Assembly: GCF_024223415.1 (NCBI RefSeq)
Contig: NZ_CP100500.1
From: Escherichia coli
GTDB taxonomy: Bacteria > Pseudomonadota > Gammaproteobacteria > Enterobacterales > Enterobacteriaceae
Direction: 5' to 3' (one strand)
DNA: 64,000 bases
The position numbers and the translations under genes were made by a program. Position 1 is the first letter of the stretch, and each line of letters starts with the position of its first letter. This document shows positions 1 to 9,219 of this stretch, piece after piece. Under the pieces are notes generated by a model. The model was not told where the DNA came from. It saw only the letters and a program-made list of their open reading frames with translations, and did no database searches.

Positions 1-232
1 AACTCGCACATCTTTTTCACGTAAGCTATTGTTTATTCCGTTGAACCTCATTTTGAGGTTGATTGACATACCCGGGGTAAACTCATCTGCGTTGCGGTTG
101 TATATCTGGGTGATTTTATCGCCGCGCGAATACCCCAGCGCAGTAGCCAGCGTTGCGGCGGTGAACCACTGCCTGCCGTTGTGTTCGGTAGTTTCGAGAA
201 CGTGAGATTTGAATACGAGTTGGGTACTCATA
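1..232 (-). CDS. Bro-N / antirepressor-like protein, N-terminal part only (gene runs off the window start)
   Basis: Own translation of the reverse strand from the ATG at 230-232: MSTQLVFKSHVLETTEHNGRQWFTAATLATALGYSRGDKITQIYNRNADEF..., which resembles phage Bro-N domain proteins. Not in the ORF track because it is open-ended. Confidence 0.45.
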
Positions 233-613
233 GTTTTATGTCCTTTGCAATATTTTGAATTCACCCCTTTTGAGAGGGCGGTCAGGCGCTCAAAACCGTG
301 CAAAGTCGGCGGGCGTATTTCCCTTACGGGTATTGTATTAGCCTCACGCCCGACCATTGAATTCTCAATATCGTGGACATAAAAAATCCGCATGTCTGTC
401 GGGTGCGGTTTCCGCTTTGCAAGGTGTTTTGAGCACCATGACGCGGAATATAGCCCCGTTAACGCGACATTGTCAAACTGAAGAATTTTACGGATAGCAA
501 AAACCCCCGAACTGGTGAGGAACAGGGGTTTTTACTTTACTACTGATTTCGCGGTACGCTGATCTCAAACAGACGAGATTATCACCAGACTTGTAAAGTA
601 AGCAATGGGCGGA

Positions 614-1357
614 TTAAGATGAAGCGTTCGCTATCTGAGCGTCGCTGAATGTGAAACCCGCCTGTTTAAGACGCTGGATTAAGCGGGGTACTGTCTCCCG
701 AACATGGTCATTAAAGTTGAGATAAAGAATACCGGCGGCATCAGAAGGCTGCTCAAGGTGTTGTTTCTGCAGGATGACCACGTTACTGCGACCGAGTGAA
801 GATAACAGCATCCCCATTTCTAAAACTACGTTTTGGCGTGCCCTGGGCTGGGCTGCTTCCTGGCCGTCTCTTTTGGCGTATCCCACATCATCGGGAGTGA
901 GGAGAACAATGCCGAAACGCGTCGCTGTCCGTCCCTGACCAATTTCACGTTCAAGCTCTTCAATTATCGTAAGCCCGGTCCCACCGGTATTCTGCAAAAT
1001 AAAATGGTCAGGTAATCCAAGCTTATGAAGAATAAGTTCAAGCTGCTCTTTTGCTACATGATCGTGACCGTGAACGATGAAAATCTTTTTTGCTGGTTCT
1101 TGCATCATGACTGGAGCGTTACCCAGGTGTTCATTAATAATGGCTTCAACCTCAGGTTTTGCCGCTTGTGAACCCTGAATCAAAATCGTTCCGGTGTGGT
1201 AAAGCGTTATGATGGCACCATTACTTAAACGATAACAATCATGACCGGTTTTGTTTTCTTCTCCGGTAACATCAAATCCGGATTCGACTAAAAATTGACG
1301 AAAAGTATCGACAGCGTATGGGTATTTGAGTGCCATTTCATTGAGTTCCTGCATCAT
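614..1357 (-). CDS. Two-domain protein: unknown ~85-aa N-terminal domain plus C-terminal TIR-like domain (FIVHGHD ... LLTPDDVG ... RARQNVVLEMG ... LGR motifs, as in the CAP12/PycTIR-type TIR-like family). Candidate defence/abortive-infection effector
   Basis: 247-aa ORF; motif pattern recalled from the predicted nucleotide-binding TIR-like family; gene is bracketed by an exact 15-bp direct repeat and followed by a hairpin with T-tract. Confidence 0.5.
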   Translation of the reverse strand: MMQELNEMALKYPYAVDTFRQFLVESGFDVTGEENKTGHDCYRLSNGAIITLYHTGTILIQGSQAAKPEVEAIINEHLGNAPVMMQEPAKKIFIVHGHDHVAKEQLELILHKLGLPDHFILQNTGGTGLTIIEELEREIGQGRTATRFGIVLLTPDDVGYAKRDGQEAAQPRARQNVVLEMGMLLSSLGRSNVVILQKQHLEQPSDAAGILYLNFNDHVRETVPRLIQRLKQAGFTFSDAQIANASS

Positions 1358-1410
1358 TGTGTTCCTGTAAAGTAAGCAATAGTTAACAAAGTTGCAACGA
1401 CAACGATCAC

Positions 1411-3477
1411 CTAATCTTTTCTGTAACGGTACGCCTCGAATCCTCCGGCGTTTAGTGGAATGCTCGTGGCCCAGTCAGGAACGGTTGCCAGTAACTGGCT
1501 GAGATGTTCTGCTGAGTAATCGGGTGAGTCAGGGGCCTCACTTATAATTTCATCGTGTACCGTCAGCACAATGCTGTAACCGGCATCTTCGATAAGCGGC
1601 ATGTTTCCGGCCAGAACGTCGCGGGCGGCCGCCTGGGTGACGTTCTCCACCAGCTTTCCGCCGTAGGTTTTGAGTCGTTGCCATTTACGCGAATAAGAGT
1701 TAACACCCATATAGGTGATATCCCCTTTTTCGATAACCGGAGACGGGTAGCATACAGCGCGTCCGGATGGTAGCTGTATGCGCAGCCACGCGCCATCGCG
1801 GCGGATTTTAAGATAACCGCAATACAATGTTTTTTGCGGTGTGGCGATTGCAGTGCGGACGGTGCGCTCCAGTTCGTACCAGAAATCGCAGGTCGCCGGG
1901 TGCGCCCTGCGCCACAGGCGCTTGAGCGAGTCACATGCGATGAATACACGCTCGGACAGGCCAAAGGTCGACTTACGTTTAACCGATTCGTCGTACCAGC
2001 TTTTCGCCTCGCGGATAACATCGCGGGGAATGTTTGGCAGTGCGGCGTTCGCCAGCTCGTCGAGATCGAGACCGTAAACCAGAGCAAAAGTGATGAAAGC
2101 CGATACACCACCTCCATAACCCAGACCGAGTTCCATGACTTTACCGATCTGACGCATGTGTTTATCAACATCATCTGGTGCAATATCGAAAGCTTTTGCA
2201 TACGCCAGTTTATATAAGTCCGGACCCGTTCCGGCGTCGTACTCTCTGAATGCATTCAGTTTCCATTCTTCTCCCGCCAGCCATGCCAGCATACGGCCTT
2301 CAATGTTCGACAAGTCACTTACCACCAGTTTTTTGCCTGTTGGCGCGATAATGCAGCCACGTAACGCTGAACTGGTTAGTTCCATGATATTGTCAAACAG
2401 CAGGTCTGCACATCCGGCTTTCAGTGCTTCGATGCCTTCGTCTATTTGTTCCTGTTTTAGTGAAGGGCGGGGAAGGTTCTGGGGCTGGAATAGCCGTCCG
2501 GCCCAACGACCGGTACGTGACGCCCCGCAGAACTGTAGCGTACCGCGTAAGCGCCCGTCGTGGCTTACGCCTTTCATCAGTGCCTTGTATTTACTGGTGC
2601 TGGTAGTACTGGCCTGCAGGCGGATAGCCAGCAGTTCTTTCACGGCAGATGGTAAATTGGGGTCGGCAATACGACGTTCCAGAGTACTGCGTTGCATGTC
2701 TGGTAGCTCCACACCGTAGGATTCAACAATGTGCTTAATCAACGCGTCCCGTTGTGTGGCTGCCTGCACTTCGCCATCAGTCATTTCCTGTGTACGCTTT
2801 GCCAGGCGCTTTTGCTCCTGGTCTACCGCTTCGATCGCAGCGCGCGCGAGTTGAATGTCCATGCAGACGCCCCGGTCGTTGATCTGCTGATCACGATGCC
2901 AGAGTGCCAGTTCTGTCCCCTGATAATTCCACTTCGGCAGACGTTTATAGACTTCGCGCATTGCCTCGATATCCAGTCCGGCGTAAGCAACAAAGCGCCG
3001 CCATTCTTCCGGGTGGGTTTTGCTGGTGGCCCGGCGCAGTTTGCTGTTTTTCGGGCGTGGTTTGCACAGTAGCTGAATTAGTGACTTGCCTTCTTTATCC
3101 TTCGCTTTGTCCTGCGGGACGCCCAGCACTTCGCAAAGAGCGCCCAGCGCCCCCGGAAGACCATGCGCCAGCGCCTGCACCATTGTGTCGCGCCAGCGTT
3201 CAGTAGCTGGTGACATGTCTGGCATACAATGACGAAGTATCGTGCGGTCAAAGTGCGAATTGTGCGCCCAAACCTCCACATCCGGGTTTTTGAGTGCGAG
3301 ACGTAATTCCGGGGGGATTTTTTCGCCTGCGGTCAGGTCCCACACCTGCACGGGATCGTTATTGATGGCCCAGGCAAAAAGCATAATTTCAGCGCCTTCT
3401 GCATATGCGTGGGTACCGTTTTTTATCGGTATTTCAGAGAAGGTTTCAAGATCGAGCCAGAGAATGTTTGCAGGCAA
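1411..3477 (-). CDS. Phage family-A DNA polymerase with N-terminal DnaQ-like 3'-5' exonuclease
   Basis: 688-aa ORF; exonuclease motif LDLETFS near the N-terminus; polymerase motifs [16 protein letters not shown] (motif B-like K...YG) and VHDEI (motif C-like). Confidence 0.85.
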   Translation of the reverse strand: MPANILWLDLETFSEIPIKNGTHAYAEGAEIMLFAWAINNDPVQVWDLTAGEKIPPELRLALKNPDVEVWAHNSHFDRTILRHCMPDMSPATERWRDTMVQALAHGLPGALGALCEVLGVPQDKAKDKEGKSLIQLLCKPRPKNSKLRRATSKTHPEEWRRFVAYAGLDIEAMREVYKRLPKWNYQGTELALWHRDQQINDRGVCMDIQLARAAIEAVDQEQKRLAKRTQEMTDGEVQAATQRDALIKHIVESYGVELPDMQRSTLERRIADPNLPSAVKELLAIRLQASTTSTSKYKALMKGVSHDGRLRGTLQFCGASRTGRWAGRLFQPQNLPRPSLKQEQIDEGIEALKAGCADLLFDNIMELTSSALRGCIIAPTGKKLVVSDLSNIEGRMLAWLAGEEWKLNAFREYDAGTGPDLYKLAYAKAFDIAPDDVDKHMRQIGKVMELGLGYGGGVSAFITFALVYGLDLDELANAALPNIPRDVIREAKSWYDESVKRKSTFGLSERVFIACDSLKRLWRRAHPATCDFWYELERTVRTAIATPQKTLYCGYLKIRRDGAWLRIQLPSGRAVCYPSPVIEKGDITYMGVNSYSRKWQRLKTYGGKLVENVTQAAARDVLAGNMPLIEDAGYSIVLTVHDEIISEAPDSPDYSAEHLSQLLATVPDWATSIPLNAGGFEAYRYRKD

Positions 3478-3546
3478 AACAGGACCCTCCGTAAATTAAA
3501 CGGCTACAAAAAGCCCCTGACAGTGCAGGGGCGGGATTGATTTGAA

Positions 3547-4311
3547 TTAACGAGGTAAGGCTGGTGGAATGTATCTGCCGATGCGGTCTTCTATGGTCGG
3601 CAGAATGCACATGCTGTCGCTGAAGCGGTCATGCAACTGGTAAACCAGTTTAGAATCCATTTTTTCGAGAGCAGGCATTAACTGCGCCCGCCAGATTTCG
3701 TTGATGCGCCGGAAGTTATGACAGACGGCGCGGAGATTGTTGATGAACATTTCCTTCTCTGCGTCAGTGACTTCTGTCTGTGTTTTCTGAATACGCTTTG
3801 TGCTGCCATTCCGATAGAAGCGTTCCTGAGCAGCAACAGCCTCATCCACGGTTGGATAGCACCCTACGTAAACGCTCTTCTCTCCGTTCCATGCGTAGGC
3901 TCTGTACGGGTTGTATTTGCTCCGGTGATGGTAAACCATCTTCGGCAGACACTCCCTGTGTGGCGCCAGTATCGTGGAGGATTGCTGGTGCAGTTTGCGT
4001 TCGCACTCGATGAAGTATCGGCGGATCTGGCGGCCTTTTTCGTTGCGCTCCACCATCGCCAGTTCTTTGGCCGTGTCGAGGGTGAGGTGGTAGTCCTTAC
4101 AAAGAACATTTTTACGCTTTCCAGTTTTGGAAAACGTTACGATATAATCCTGATTTTCAACGAATTCATAGTCTGCAATTCGTGATGTAATCCACGCTGC
4201 AAACACTTTCCCTACCCCAAGGAATGCGTGCAGATCGCGAGCATTGCAGAGCAGGGTGGTTTCGTTGGCGATAGCGCCGTTGAAAACGGGGATGAGTTGA
4301 GTTGCCATCAC
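3547..4311 (-). CDS. Protein with AntA/AntB-type antirepressor N-terminal domain
   Basis: 254-aa ORF; N-terminal LIPVFNG ... LHAFLGVGKVFAAWITSRIADYEFVENQDY ... YHLTLDTAKELAMVERNEKGRQIRRYF resembles the AntA/AntB antirepressor domain. Confidence 0.55.
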   Translation of the reverse strand: MMATQLIPVFNGAIANETTLLCNARDLHAFLGVGKVFAAWITSRIADYEFVENQDYIVTFSKTGKRKNVLCKDYHLTLDTAKELAMVERNEKGRQIRRYFIECERKLHQQSSTILAPHRECLPKMVYHHRSKYNPYRAYAWNGEKSVYVGCYPTVDEAVAAQERFYRNGSTKRIQKTQTEVTDAEKEMFINNLRAVCHNFRRINEIWRAQLMPALEKMDSKLVYQLHDRFSDSMCILPTIEDRIGRYIPPALPR

Positions 4312-4469
4312 AGTTACCTCTAACGGTGAAATTCACCGCCACCACTGAGTTGCAAATCTCATATGGGTGGCGAACTGACGAGGTTTGCAATACCGGCGTT
4401 AGAGGAAACCGGCGCGCCGAAGCGCCCCCGCCAGCCCGCCATAATGCGAACGTGGCAAAGCTTGCGACA

Positions 4470-4500
4470 ATAAAAAAGACGCTGGCGCGTCTGGTGTCGC
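4470..4500 (-). terminator. Rho-independent terminator-like hairpin downstream of the DUF2815 gene
   Basis: On the minus strand, AGACGCGCCAGCGTCT hairpin followed by TTTTTTATT (plus-strand aataaaaaagacgctggcgcgtct). Confidence 0.5.
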
Positions 4501-4691
4501 CCCTAACAATTCCGGGTTGCAAATCCCGATCTCCATTTGGGAGATTCGGTGAGCATAAACCGGAAGGGGGCGATGAGTCAATATCGGGGTAGCAGGGCGA
4601 CTGGGTGCTAACCAGAACAATACAGGTAGCTCCGGGCATATTCCCCTTTGCAAAAACACCCGGCGTTTAACCGGGCGTCTGTGAAGCAGGA

Positions 4692-5240
4692 TTAAATCAG
4701 TGCTTCAGCATCAGCACCTTCGCTGATATCGTCGAAATCGTCAGCGCTTGCCACTCCGCCGCCAGCGAATGCATCGCCGTCTCGCAGGAACTGGACTCCG
4801 CCGAGTGAGGCATTAATGCGTTTACCGAAATTATTGTCCTGTGCCCAGATATCGATAACGGCGTTTACATAGCACCCTGCATAGGGACGTCCATCAGCCT
4901 GAGTAAGTGGCGAACGATCGCGATCAAGAACAGCCGGGCGCGCTTTGTTAGCAGCATTCAGGAAGAAATTACCGGGGAAACCTTCATACTCTGCTTTTTC
5001 ATCGCCGTCATGCAGGCACAGATTGAGTTTCTTCTCCAGTTGGTTATAAACAGCCTCCCACTTCTCTCCCCATTTTTCCTTTGCGACCTGCTTCATTGCT
5101 TTACGGATTTCTTCCAGTTGTGGGTGTTCGGGAGACATTAAAAATACAGCGGAGAAACGCGGATCGCCTTCGCCGTTTACAGTTTTAGCTTCAAACAGCG
5201 CAGGAAAAGCCAGACGAACATTGTTCAGCTTCAGTTTCAT
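4692..5240 (-). CDS. DUF2815-type phage protein (putative ssDNA-binding protein of the PolA/DUF2800 replication module)
   Basis: 182-aa ORF starting MKLKLNNVRLAFPALFEAK, acidic C-terminal tail; adjacent to DUF2800-like gene as commonly seen in phages. Confidence 0.55.
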   Translation of the reverse strand: MKLKLNNVRLAFPALFEAKTVNGEGDPRFSAVFLMSPEHPQLEEIRKAMKQVAKEKWGEKWEAVYNQLEKKLNLCLHDGDEKAEYEGFPGNFFLNAANKARPAVLDRDRSPLTQADGRPYAGCYVNAVIDIWAQDNNFGKRINASLGGVQFLRDGDAFAGGGVASADDFDDISEGADAEALI

Positions 5241-5255
5241 TATATGTCTCCTTAA

Positions 5256-6560
5256 TCAGATGAGGTCAGCGGCGAGCGCGTCGTCGGACACGTCATCGAA
5301 ATCATTTACAGGGTTAATATTGAGTGCGGGGCGCGGATCTGAATCAGGAACGACGGTGGGTTTACCGTCCGCTCGTGTTATCAGGGCCTCGACTTTTGGC
5401 CAGCGGCGCGGACTGGCTTTTTTGATGAGTTTTTCTGCTTTGGCAGGGCTAATCAGTTTAAAGTCGAAAACTTCTTCAGTTTTATACCTGAACTGATCCT
5501 TCAGAAGAGCTCGAGCTGCTTCCTCATCACTCCAGGTCCGGTTACCTTGTTTTCCTGTTACCAGTTTAAACCCCGGTACCGTATGCCCGGCATGGAGTTC
5601 ATTGTGAACCCGGTCACGTAGCGCTTTGCAAAAAGACTCAATCAGGTCAACATGGCTGTAAATGTCTGCCAGTTGTTCAGCGGTCAGTAGTGGTACACGC
5701 TTAACGGCATCTGCGAGTTGCTCGCCAACGGGTCTGCTCAGGTCAACGAAGTCGTCCGCAACGGCGTTAAGTCTGGCCTGTGCTTCTGCTGAACACAGCC
5801 CACCTTTTGCTTTACAGAAGAGGCACTGTTTCTCGCCTGGTGTGAAGTTTTCAGGTGGCAGGGTTTCGACGCCTTCGCAATCGGCGATGTTGAACATCAC
5901 GATCACACTGGCGGCAGCTTCCTGCGCCCGTTTGCCGAATGCCTGCAGTTCCTCCACCGTCAGGGACCACTCTGAAACGTGGTTAATCCGCGGCTGGTGG
6001 ATGAACAGGCGCACCGTCTCGAAGTCGTACAGAAGGCTGAACTGCTCGAGCACGCCCAGGGCATACAGCTGCAACTGCTCGTTCTGCTCAGCGTCGACAC
6101 GCACTCCCTTACCGTATTTCAGGTCGTGGATCTGCAGTTCGTTACCCGCGATGATTATGCAGTCGGCAGTTCCGAAAGAGTCTTCCACACCGACGATGTG
6201 GGAGAAGTCTACGCGTTGCTCAACCAGCAGCGTGTTGCCCTGTGCCAGTGACCAGACTGTATCAACATACCGGCCAACGGCTTCGACCATTTCCTCATCC
6301 ACCTGTGGGCCAGATGTATCATCAGGATTTGCGCGAAGGGGGTATGAGCCGAGAAACATAGAAACATTGCATCCGGCGTAGTGTTCCGGGTGACTTTGCC
6401 TGTTTCGCAGGACTTTTTCTGCAAGCGCGTGCGCCGCAGTACCTTCAACAGCAAAGGATGTTTCTTTGTCAGGCTGAGTGGACTCCAGCGCCAGACTGCC
6501 GCTACAACGCATCCATCTGTGGGCGGCTGATGGAGATAATTTTGCATGAACCTCGGGCAT
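5256..6560 (-). CDS. DUF2800-type PD-(D/E)XK nuclease-like phage protein
   Basis: 434-aa ORF; N-terminal [15 protein letters not shown] motif typical of DUF2800; C-terminal cysteines ([11 protein letters not shown]). Confidence 0.6.
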   Translation of the reverse strand: MPEVHAKLSPSAAHRWMRCSGSLALESTQPDKETSFAVEGTAAHALAEKVLRNRQSHPEHYAGCNVSMFLGSYPLRANPDDTSGPQVDEEMVEAVGRYVDTVWSLAQGNTLLVEQRVDFSHIVGVEDSFGTADCIIIAGNELQIHDLKYGKGVRVDAEQNEQLQLYALGVLEQFSLLYDFETVRLFIHQPRINHVSEWSLTVEELQAFGKRAQEAAASVIVMFNIADCEGVETLPPENFTPGEKQCLFCKAKGGLCSAEAQARLNAVADDFVDLSRPVGEQLADAVKRVPLLTAEQLADIYSHVDLIESFCKALRDRVHNELHAGHTVPGFKLVTGKQGNRTWSDEEAARALLKDQFRYKTEEVFDFKLISPAKAEKLIKKASPRRWPKVEALITRADGKPTVVPDSDPRPALNINPVNDFDDVSDDALAADLI

Positions 6561-6562
6561 AA

Positions 6563-7486
6563 TTAACCCTCCAGCGCTTTTTCAGCAAGGGCTATCACGT
6601 CTGCGAGTTTATCGTCAGCGACTTCACCGAGTTTTCTGGCTCCCTGTTTTTCCAGAATGGCAATAGCTTCTGCCCGGTAACCGCCTTTTGCAAGCTGGAG
6701 GATCAACCCTTCGGCCTGTTTACGCAGTGCAGCAAAATCGGTCTGTTCGCCAGTATCTTCCACGGCATCACCACCAGTTTCGGTACCGCTTTTTGCTGCG
6801 TCTCTGCGTGCAAATTCTTCCTGCAGCTGAAGGTACTCAACACGGTTGATCTCGATATGGCCTTTTTTCAGCATCTCGTTCAACTTGCGTAAGGTGTGGA
6901 GTTCACTGGCTGCTGTGCCGGATACATTTTTGACGTAAAACGGCCCCGTGCGTTCTCCATCTTTGTTACTGGCCTTTTTCGGCTTAACTTCATCACGCCC
7001 ATCTGCAGGTGCATCAAGTAGCTGCTCGGCAAAAGCACGTCGCTCGCCGATAGTTGGCAGGTCGTCCCAGAACTTAAGAATGTTGCGGGACAGGTCCAGA
7101 AGAGCGGGTTTATGCAGTGCCCTGGCTCGTTTGACGCACTGCAATGTGCTGTCGAGAGCATCAATCTGAACTACTCGTTTATCACCTTCAGCATCACGGT
7201 AAGCAACAGCTCGTTGCAGCATGTCTTCAGTAACAGGGGTAGCTGACGGGTAGAAACCAGCCAGTGCGATAACGTCGCTGAACTCCAGATCATCCAGTGT
7301 CATTACCGCTTTATTTTCAGTTTCATCTGCTGTTTCGGTTGCTGTATCCCGACATTCCTGTACTTGTGAAATGGCGTCAGGATGCATAACAATACCTGAT
7401 GCCATTGTGCGGATAAGACGTTCAAGCAGCACATTATGTTGCGCCAGAAGTTGGTTATTAAGTTCGAGACTGGTTTCTAAGCTCAT
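6563..7486 (-). CDS. Hypothetical phage protein
   Basis: 307-aa ORF, tightly packed in the leftward operon (ends 1 bp before the next gene); no motif recognised. Confidence 0.5.
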   Translation of the reverse strand: MSLETSLELNNQLLAQHNVLLERLIRTMASGIVMHPDAISQVQECRDTATETADETENKAVMTLDDLEFSDVIALAGFYPSATPVTEDMLQRAVAYRDAEGDKRVVQIDALDSTLQCVKRARALHKPALLDLSRNILKFWDDLPTIGERRAFAEQLLDAPADGRDEVKPKKASNKDGERTGPFYVKNVSGTAASELHTLRKLNEMLKKGHIEINRVEYLQLQEEFARRDAAKSGTETGGDAVEDTGEQTDFAALRKQAEGLILQLAKGGYRAEAIAILEKQGARKLGEVADDKLADVIALAEKALEG

Positions 7487-7665
7487 ACTGTGGTCCTCGC
7501 TACAAGGAGAATGAAAGTGATGATCAGGCCAAGTGCAGTGGCAACGACCAGACCTGTCATCAAATCGAAGTGTTTACGGCGATAACGGAGAACATCGCGC
7601 CCCGTCAGTCGATGGATGTGTTCAGGTTTCATCGGTTGTATTCCTTTTTTCATATCGGGGAGCAC
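7483..7665 (-). CDS. Small hypothetical protein with C-terminal hydrophobic helix
   Basis: 60-aa ORF overlapping the start of the downstream gene by 4 bp; C-terminus LVVATALGLIITFILLVA. Confidence 0.35.
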   Translation of the reverse strand: MLPDMKKGIQPMKPEHIHRLTGRDVLRYRRKHFDLMTGLVVATALGLIITFILLVARTTV

Positions 7666-7748
7666 GCTGTTGCGAGTGCGCTTTCAGACATAAAAAAGCC
7701 CGTCACTTGCGGCGGGCAAAGACTACACACAGCAATTACATGGATGAT

Positions 7749-7943
7749 TCAGTTGGTATTGTGCGTACGTGGTACCACGAGGTTGAAGCGGACACGCCAG
7801 TGCGTTGCAATGGTATGCAGGAAAGCACCACATCTAGGGCAGTGCTCATAACATTCGTTGATTTGGTATCGTTTTGGCTTTGGTGTCTGAAGTTGTGTTT
7901 GGCAAGCAGGGCATTCACCTTTGAGCGGTTTATACGTTTTCAC
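7749..7943 (-). CDS. Small zinc-ribbon-like hypothetical protein
   Basis: 64-aa ORF with CPAC ... CPRC cysteine pairs. Confidence 0.35.
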   Translation of the reverse strand: MKTYKPLKGECPACQTQLQTPKPKRYQINECYEHCPRCGAFLHTIATHWRVRFNLVVPRTHNTN

Positions 7944-8224
7944 GCCGTTTCCTCATTCAGTTCACTTTGGTGGTTCGGCGGCTTCGACTTGTATCAGTAG
8001 ACAGTGCTTCGCCGCACCCCAAAGGGAACTTACTGACCCGTATTGCCGACATCCTGTCCCGCCACGGTCCCGACGCATGGTTTAGAGTCGCGCCGTTCGA
8101 CTTGATGAGGGATAAATTACTATGTTTATTGTATTACGTAAACCACAAATATGGTATTTATGGTTGCAAAAATACCATATTATTGATATTTAAGTTAATT
8201 TAGTTGGTAGACAATCGGGGCGGG

Positions 8225-8262
8225 CGGTATGGCGGGAGGGCTTTTTCGCCCTCTTTCTGGAT
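8225..8262. terminator. Hairpin GAGGGC-TTTTTC-GCCCTC with T-rich flank just downstream of the cI-like gene
   Basis: Inverted repeat read directly in gggagggctttttcgccctctttctgg. Confidence 0.4.
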
Positions 8263-8266
8263 GGGA

Positions 8267-8893
8267 TTATCTTTTGCGGCGGTAAATACGATGTTCAATC
8301 ATGACCCCTACGATCTGTAAGGGGACATCTGCACTTCGTAGCACGGGATAGTCGGGATTCAGGGGGACCAGTTCAAAATCATCAACGCCGATACCCAACG
8401 GGCGGTATTTTTTGAAAGTGGCCTCATACCCGTTGTTCTTTGCAACGACGAATTCGCCAGGCATGGGGCATAAATCCGGGTCAATTATTACAATATCGCC
8501 TTCCTTAAACTCCGGTTGCATACTGTCACCATCTATCCGCAGGGCGAAGCAGGACTCAGGTACGTCGGAATCCGCGAGAACGTATTCCATATTTCCATCC
8601 ATGTCCGTAGCGTCTTTTGCTTCCGTTAGCGCACCGGCCTGTACGTAACTGAGGATCGGGATGCGGCGGGTACTTATTTCCGCCAGGGGCATTATATTCC
8701 TGCCATTTAAAAGCCAGTCGGGACTGCATTTCAGTGCCTTTGAAAGCTCTATGATGTTGCGGGGCTTCCGGGTCTTTCCGCTTTCAATAGTCTCAATGGA
8801 TTGCTGGCTGACCCCCGCGATTGCTGCAACTTCTGTTTGTGTCATCCCGAGTTCTGTACGGCGTGCTTTAAAGCGTTCTGCAAGTGACATGGT
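8267..8893 (-). CDS. cI: cI-like prophage repressor (XRE-family HTH plus S24 LexA-like peptidase domain)
   Basis: HTH GMTQTEVAAIAGVSQQSIETIESGK and peptidase region LRIDGDSMQPEFKEGDIVIIDP; start taken at MSLAERF (AGGGGG RBS) rather than the ORF-track start at 8956; divergent from the cro-like gene. Confidence 0.85.
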   Translation of the reverse strand, partial: TMSLAERFKARRTELGMTQTEVAAIAGVSQQSIETIESGKTRKPRNIIELSKALKCSPDWLLNGRNIMPLAEISTRRIPILSYVQAGALTEAKDATDMDGNMEYVLADSDVPESCFALRIDGDSMQPEFKEGDIVIIDPDLCPMPGEFVVAKNNGYEATFKKYRPLGIGVDDFELVPLNPDYPVLRSADVPLQIVGVMIEHRIYRRKR

Positions 8894-9006
8894 GTACCCC
8901 CTGATTCCTGATTTTTTGCTCTCCCTTATTAATACAATTTTTGTTGTAGTTGACAAACATCATTTATTGTCGCTAAATACCACATAAATTGTAGGAGACA
9001 ATAATC
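8894..9006. promoter_or_regulatory. Divergent cI/cro intergenic control region (oR/pRM/pR analogue)
   Basis: 113-bp AT-rich spacer between divergent repressor genes containing ACCACA-type half-site repeats (taccacataaattgtagg) also seen left of cI. Confidence 0.5.
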
Positions 9007-9216
9007 ATGACACTTGCTACCCGAGTAAAAAACCAGCGTAAGGCTCTTGGCCTGACGCAGGTTATGCTGGCAGAACGCACAGGGATTAGCCAGCAGGCCA
9101 TTAACCGCATTGAAAGCGGCCTTATATCCCGTCCCCGTTATCTGCTGGAAATAGCTGTTGCCCTGAACTGCGACCCTAACTGGCTGTTGCATGGTACTCC
9201 CGCGGATAAGACGTAA
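9007..9216 (+). CDS. cro: Cro-like HTH repressor
   Basis: 69-aa ORF with XRE HTH (LGLTQVMLAERTGISQQAINRIESG), first rightward gene. Confidence 0.8.
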   Translation: MTLATRVKNQRKALGLTQVMLAERTGISQQAINRIESGLISRPRYLLEIAVALNCDPNWLLHGTPADKT

Positions 9217-9219
9217 CTT

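Noticed and set aside
4166-4659. Overlapping ORFs of 86-157 aa on both strands
   Set aside because: Located in the repeat-containing non-coding spacer 4312..4691 and overlapping the AntA-like gene; no start context or motifs.
7967-8203. 78-aa plus-strand ORF left of cI
   Set aside because: Falls in the putative oL/pL control region, has no RBS-like context and runs opposite to the surrounding operon.
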